A DNA stretch of 64,000 bases from Phycisphaerales bacterium. GTDB lineage: Bacteria; Planctomycetota; Phycisphaerae; WQYP01. Under the pieces are notes generated by a model. That model searched no databases and was not told where the DNA came from. It saw nothing but the letters and a program-made list of their open reading frames with translations. Positions 60,084 through 64,000 of the stretch are shown piece by piece (the first letter of the stretch is position 1; every line of letters begins with the position of its first letter). The position numbers and the translations under genes are program-made. The stretch lies in assembly GCA_027451365.1 (NCBI GenBank), contig DAIDJN010000011.1, positions 1 through 64,000 of the forward strand. The letters run 5' to 3'.

Positions 60084-61145
60084 TTACCCGTTAACCCGCA
60101 AAAGAACTTTGCCCATCGGCCCGGCCGCCAGGTGCTTAAACGCTGTCGGCAAATCAGCAAAATTGAAAATTGCATCCACCAGAGGCTTTTGATTTTTCAG
60201 CGCCATTGTCTCCAGCACCTTTTGCCATACCTTCTGCGCCTGCGACGGCGTGTAATCTCCCACGGAGACGCCACCGATGCGCAGCCGTCGGAAAAACAGC
60301 GATGCGGTGTTGAACTGGGGCACCGGACCGGCCAGTCTGCCGACCACGCTTATTTTTCCCCATGTCCCCATCACCGTCAGAATTTCCGAAAACTGCTCGC
60401 CACCAATGTTGTCCACCACCAGGTCCACCTTTTTCCCATCCAGTTCTGTCAGCAATCGCTTCCGCCATTGTGTGTCGGCCGGATCCAGTGTGATTCCCGC
60501 CCCCAAGGTTGAAAGCCGGGCTCGCTTTTGAGGACTGCGCGAAAGCGCCGCCACGGTATAACCGAGCGCGGATGCCAGTTGAACCGCGGCCACTCCCACC
60601 CCGCCTGAAGCACCCGTCACCAGCACCACCGCCGCCGATGCAGAACTGCCTGTATTTTGCGTCGAATCGGGTCCATCATCCGCAGTTACTGAATAGACAT
60701 CGGTTGGTGTTTGGAGGTTCCCCCATTGCGTAAGTGCCTGCCACGCGGTCATGTACACCAGGCTGGCACCCGCCGATTCCTCCATCGACCAGCCCGCGGG
60801 CATCGGTGCCAGACAACCCGCCGGCACCGCAACCCGCTCAGCAAATGTACCGGCGATATCCACACCCACAGGTCCCCGCAAAATAAGTGCCAAAGCACCA
60901 GGCCGCCAAGCGGTCACATCATCCGCCACTTGAACAATTCGCCCAACGCCATCCCTGCCCAGCGTATGCGGCATCGCAGGCCGCGCCGGGTACTGCCCCT
61001 CCGCCAAATACCGATCCGCCGGATTTAACCCCGCAAAAAGGACCTCCATCACCACCTCGCCGGCTTTCGGTTGCGGCTCAGGCACTTGGGCCCGGTGCAG
61101 GTTGGAAATGGATCCCAGTTTATCAATCTGCCAAGCTTGCATCAT
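60084..61145 (-). CDS. MDR-family NADPH:quinone oxidoreductase-like protein
   Basis: GLNPAD, LGRDGVG, VLVTGASGGVG and GKVLL. Confidence 0.88.
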   Translation of the reverse strand: MMQAWQIDKLGSISNLHRAQVPEPQPKAGEVVMEVLFAGLNPADRYLAEGQYPARPAMPHTLGRDGVGRIVQVADDVTAWRPGALALILRGPVGVDIAGTFAERVAVPAGCLAPMPAGWSMEESAGASLVYMTAWQALTQWGNLQTPTDVYSVTADDGPDSTQNTGSSASAAVVLVTGASGGVGVAAVQLASALGYTVAALSRSPQKRARLSTLGAGITLDPADTQWRKRLLTELDGKKVDLVVDNIGGEQFSEILTVMGTWGKISVVGRLAGPVPQFNTASLFFRRLRIGGVSVGDYTPSQAQKVWQKVLETMALKNQKPLVDAIFNFADLPTAFKHLAAGPMGKVLLRVNG

Positions 61146-61291
61146 AAGGCTTCCGGAACTGGCGACAACACCCGTATCGCCAATGCATTGTAGCCACGCC
61201 GCTGCAACGCAGGTATCGCGAATGGAAAACGTGGCAAAAAAAGCCGCATGAAACTGGCCATTTCACGCGACTTTCTGAAAATTGGAAAAAT

Positions 61292-61364
61292 TGGGTAGAG
61301 CCGGAATCGAACCGGCGACACATGGATTTTCAGTCCATTGCTCTACCAGCTGAGCTATCTACCC
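61292..61364 (-). tRNA. tRNA-Phe (GAA)
   Basis: Minus strand GGGTAGATAGCTCAG..ATGGA-CTGAAAA-TCCAT..GGTTCGATTCCGGCTCTACCCA; CCA not encoded. Confidence 0.95.
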
Positions 61365-61481
61365 GTAGAGTGAATAAGGCAAAATATCCGAAATGCCGTC
61401 CTTTTTCAAGGACCACGCGCGGACGCCGTTTTAAAAAATTGTTCATTTCCGCACTGCGGTCCGCTTTCATCGGTTCCACGG

Positions 61482-62753
61482 CTATTTCGCCCCAATATCC
61501 CGCCGATACTGCATTCCCTGAAAATGAATCTTGTCCACCGCTGCGTAAGCCTGTTTCCGGGCCGCCGGCATGTCCGCACCCAGAGCACACACGCACAATA
61601 CCCGCCCTCCGCTGGTCACCAGCCGCCCGTCCTTCAGAGCGGTTCCACTGTGGAACACCATCACATCCGCCATGGCACTGGCCGTTTCCATACCGGTAAT
61701 TTCAACGCCGCGTTTCACCTGATCATCCGGCTTCCAGCCATAACCCTCACTGGCCACCACTACCCCCACAGCGGGGCGCTTGTCCCAGCGCAATGTGACG
61801 CGATCCAGCTTGCGATGCACACATGCCAGCATCACTTCCACCAGATCGCTTTGCAGCCGCATCAGCAGCGGCTGAGTTTCCGGATCGCCGAAACGGCAGT
61901 TGAATTCCAGCGCTTTCGGACCGCCTGCTGTCAGCATGAGTCCAGCGTAAATAATGCCGCGGTAATCAATTTCATGGCGATTTAATGTATCCAGAAGCGG
62001 CACAATAATATCCCGCTCCACCGCGGTTTGCATAGCCGTCGTCAGCAGCGGTGCCGGACTAAACGCCCCCATGCCACCTGTGTTCGGCCCCGTGTCATTG
62101 TCGCCGATGCGCTTATGATCCTGCGCGGATTCCATTATGTAGGCGGTATGCCCATCCACAAACGCCAGAAGAGAAACTTCCGGGCCATCCAGCCGTTCCT
62201 CTATCACGATCGTGCTGCCCGCGGCCCCGAAAATTTTCTTTTCCATGATGTCGCGAACTGCGTCCAGGGCGGCCACAGGGTCCGCACATACAATCACACC
62301 TTTGCCGCGCGCCAACCCCGCTGCCTTTACCACCAGTGGCTCGTTGCGGCTTTCCACGAAACTCATCGCGTCGCGCATGGTCGTAAACGCCTTGCCTTCG
62401 GCCGTTGGAATCAGCGATTCACGCATGATGCGTTTGGAAAAAGCCTTGTCCGCTTCCAGCATCGCGCCGGCGCGGCTCGGGCCAAATGCCGCAATGCCTT
62501 TGGCGGCCAATGCATCCACCAGGCCCAAGGCCAGCGGGTCTTCCGGCCCGACCACTACCAGTTCAATTTTTTCCCGCACCGCAAATTCGGTCAGCTCCCC
62601 AACCTGGTCGGCCTTAATGGCCACCATGTCGCCCAAGGCCGCCATGCCCGGATTGCCCGGCGCTATAAACAGCCGGGTGCACAATGGGCTGGATTTGATT
62701 TTCCACGCAATCGCGTGCTCGCGCCCACCCGCACCGACAAGAAGAATTTTCAT
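61482..62753 (-). CDS. purD: Phosphoribosylamine--glycine ligase
   Basis: GAGGREHA, QDHKRIGDNDTGPNTGGMGA, EFNCRFGDPE and YRRDIG. Confidence 0.98.
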   Translation of the reverse strand: MKILLVGAGGREHAIAWKIKSSPLCTRLFIAPGNPGMAALGDMVAIKADQVGELTEFAVREKIELVVVGPEDPLALGLVDALAAKGIAAFGPSRAGAMLEADKAFSKRIMRESLIPTAEGKAFTTMRDAMSFVESRNEPLVVKAAGLARGKGVIVCADPVAALDAVRDIMEKKIFGAAGSTIVIEERLDGPEVSLLAFVDGHTAYIMESAQDHKRIGDNDTGPNTGGMGAFSPAPLLTTAMQTAVERDIIVPLLDTLNRHEIDYRGIIYAGLMLTAGGPKALEFNCRFGDPETQPLLMRLQSDLVEVMLACVHRKLDRVTLRWDKRPAVGVVVASEGYGWKPDDQVKRGVEITGMETASAMADVMVFHSGTALKDGRLVTSGGRVLCVCALGADMPAARKQAYAAVDKIHFQGMQYRRDIGAK

Positions 62754-62779
62754 CTGTTGTTTCCGGCAGTTTTATGTTA

Positions 62780-63343
62780 TCAGGATTTAAGCATGCCCGC
62801 TTCGCGGGCATACTGGAACACGCCGCCGGCTTCAATAATCGGGGCCACATCCCCCAGCGGCTTGAGCATATGCGTGGTCTTGCGGGTTTCATTGGTCAAA
62901 GTGTGGGCATTTAAATTCACCGTCAATTCATCTCCGGTGTGAATTTTGTCCACCAGCCGATCAACCGATTCACAAGGTACCAGATACCCGCCATTCACAC
63001 AGTTGCGGAAAAATATGCGGGCATAAAATTCCGCAATCACCACCGTCGCTCCAGCTTCCGCAATTGCCAGCGGTGCATGCTCACGCGAACTTCCGCAGCC
63101 GAAATTCTTGCCCCCCACGACAATGGTGTAATCCGTCTTGAATTCATTGGGCCGCACGAACCGCTGATTGCCCTTCGGCAACCCCATTTGGCCCGCCGGA
63201 ACTCCGTCCATCGCATACATGCCAAAATAGCGCCGTTCCGCAGGATCAGACGGGTTATAGCTTAGAAACTTGGCGGGAATGATCTGGTCGGTGTCAACGT
63301 TGTCACCCAGAACATAGGCCTTCCCGCGAATGATGTTTTCCAT
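62780..63343 (-). CDS. leuD: 3-isopropylmalate dehydratase small subunit (LeuD/HacB type)
   Basis: [23 protein letters not shown] and ARIFFRN. Confidence 0.88.
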   Translation of the reverse strand: MENIIRGKAYVLGDNVDTDQIIPAKFLSYNPSDPAERRYFGMYAMDGVPAGQMGLPKGNQRFVRPNEFKTDYTIVVGGKNFGCGSSREHAPLAIAEAGATVVIAEFYARIFFRNCVNGGYLVPCESVDRLVDKIHTGDELTVNLNAHTLTNETRKTTHMLKPLGDVAPIIEAGGVFQYAREAGMLKS

Positions 63344-63506
63344 GGTAAATTCCTTTATATCAATTACCAGCTAAAGTTTAGAACAACCCGGTCCGGCTCA
63401 CAAGGCCCCCCGGATTTTCGTACGAATCCATCCGAATTGCAGAAATGGAAACGCACGATTTTATGGGCTTCCGCCAGTCATTTATCCCGATCACGCGATT
63501 CGAATT

Positions 63507-64000
63507 TCAGTTACCCGTCGAAGTTTTGAACAATTGCGGAAAGGGGCCCTTTATCCGCTGAAAAAATGGATGATCCAAATCTAAACTTGCGGTTACCGAC
63601 CGCGCCTCAGGTGCCACCGGCTTCACTGCGTTCGCTGCAGGCGGTTGAATTACCGCTGGCGCCGCCGGTTGCACTTTCGCTGCTCCCGCTTGCGGCGTGC
63701 CACCCACTTGTGTTGTCACACCCGACTGATCGGCAGCTACAACCTTTTTTGCAATACCCGCTCCTGCCACTGCCGACGGTTTGGATTTCGCCGCCGTCGC
63801 GACGGTTCCCGGTGACGCAGTTCCGACCGGGCCACCCACCAGCAATGCGCTTAACGGCTGCCAGTAAATCCAGCAGATCAACAGTCCCACGGTCACCGCG
63901 CTTATACCCATGCCCATCAGCCAGTAAAGCGTCCGTGAAGTACCTGACTTCCGGTTGCGACGATGTCTCTCCGCCGCTGCCGACAGGTCCTCCAGGCCCT
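63507..64000 (-). CDS. Hypothetical single-TM protein with Ala/Pro-rich tail (5'-truncated by window)
   Basis: Reading frame stays open to the window end (..GLEDLSAAAERHRRNRK..LYWLMGMG); hydrophobic segment then low-complexity region. Confidence 0.55.
   Translation of the reverse strand, partial: GLEDLSAAAERHRRNRKSGTSRTLYWLMGMGISAVTVGLLICWIYWQPLSALLVGGPVGTASPGTVATAAKSKPSAVAGAGIAKKVVAADQSGVTTQVGGTPQAGAAKVQPAAPAVIQPPAANAVKPVAPEARSVTASLDLDHPFFQRIKGPFPQLFKTSTGN

Noticed and set aside
62028..62942. 304-aa plus-strand ORF
   Set aside because: Antisense shadow of purD/leuD.
1..64000. CRISPR array, prophage, integrase or known defence systems
   Set aside because: No repeat-spacer array, cas, phage structural, integrase or recognisable defence genes found by eye.

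Overview
Bacterial chromosomal window (~55-58% GC by eye), most likely a Planctomycetota member of class Phycisphaerae. This rests on a DUF1559 prepilin-like protein, five PEP-CTERM-type proteins and a solute-binding protein fused to a permease. Protein composition hints at an acidophile. The backbone is housekeeping: rex, dnaK, rplA-rplJ-rplL, lptF/lptG, tatA, a PPi-type PFK, ppk1, pcrA/uvrD, pabB-like, argB, argF, rph, mlaE/mlaF, purD, leuD, tRNA-Glu and tRNA-Phe. The most notable element is a ~16 kb divergently transcribed alpha-glucan (starch/glycogen) utilisation locus at 13880-29949. Its left arm encodes three paralogous PEP-CTERM-type surface proteins with a shared unnamed domain, a PEP-CTERM/dockerin-like GH13 enzyme and a DUF1559 pilin-like protein. 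Its right arm encodes LacI, an exported CBM48-GH13 enzyme, an SBP-permease fusion and a second permease. Four copies of a palindrome (core TnAACCGGTTnA) lie at or near three near-consensus sigma70 promoters, and no SusC/D genes are present. Other observations are a sigma54-type promoter before dnaK, rplA-rplJ-rplL detached from rplK and rpoB, an IS5-like end at the window start, a probable group II intron 5' remnant after tRNA-Glu, and a small aryl-polyene-like ACP/dehydratase/acyltransferase trio. All calls come from motif recognition by eye; no database search was run.
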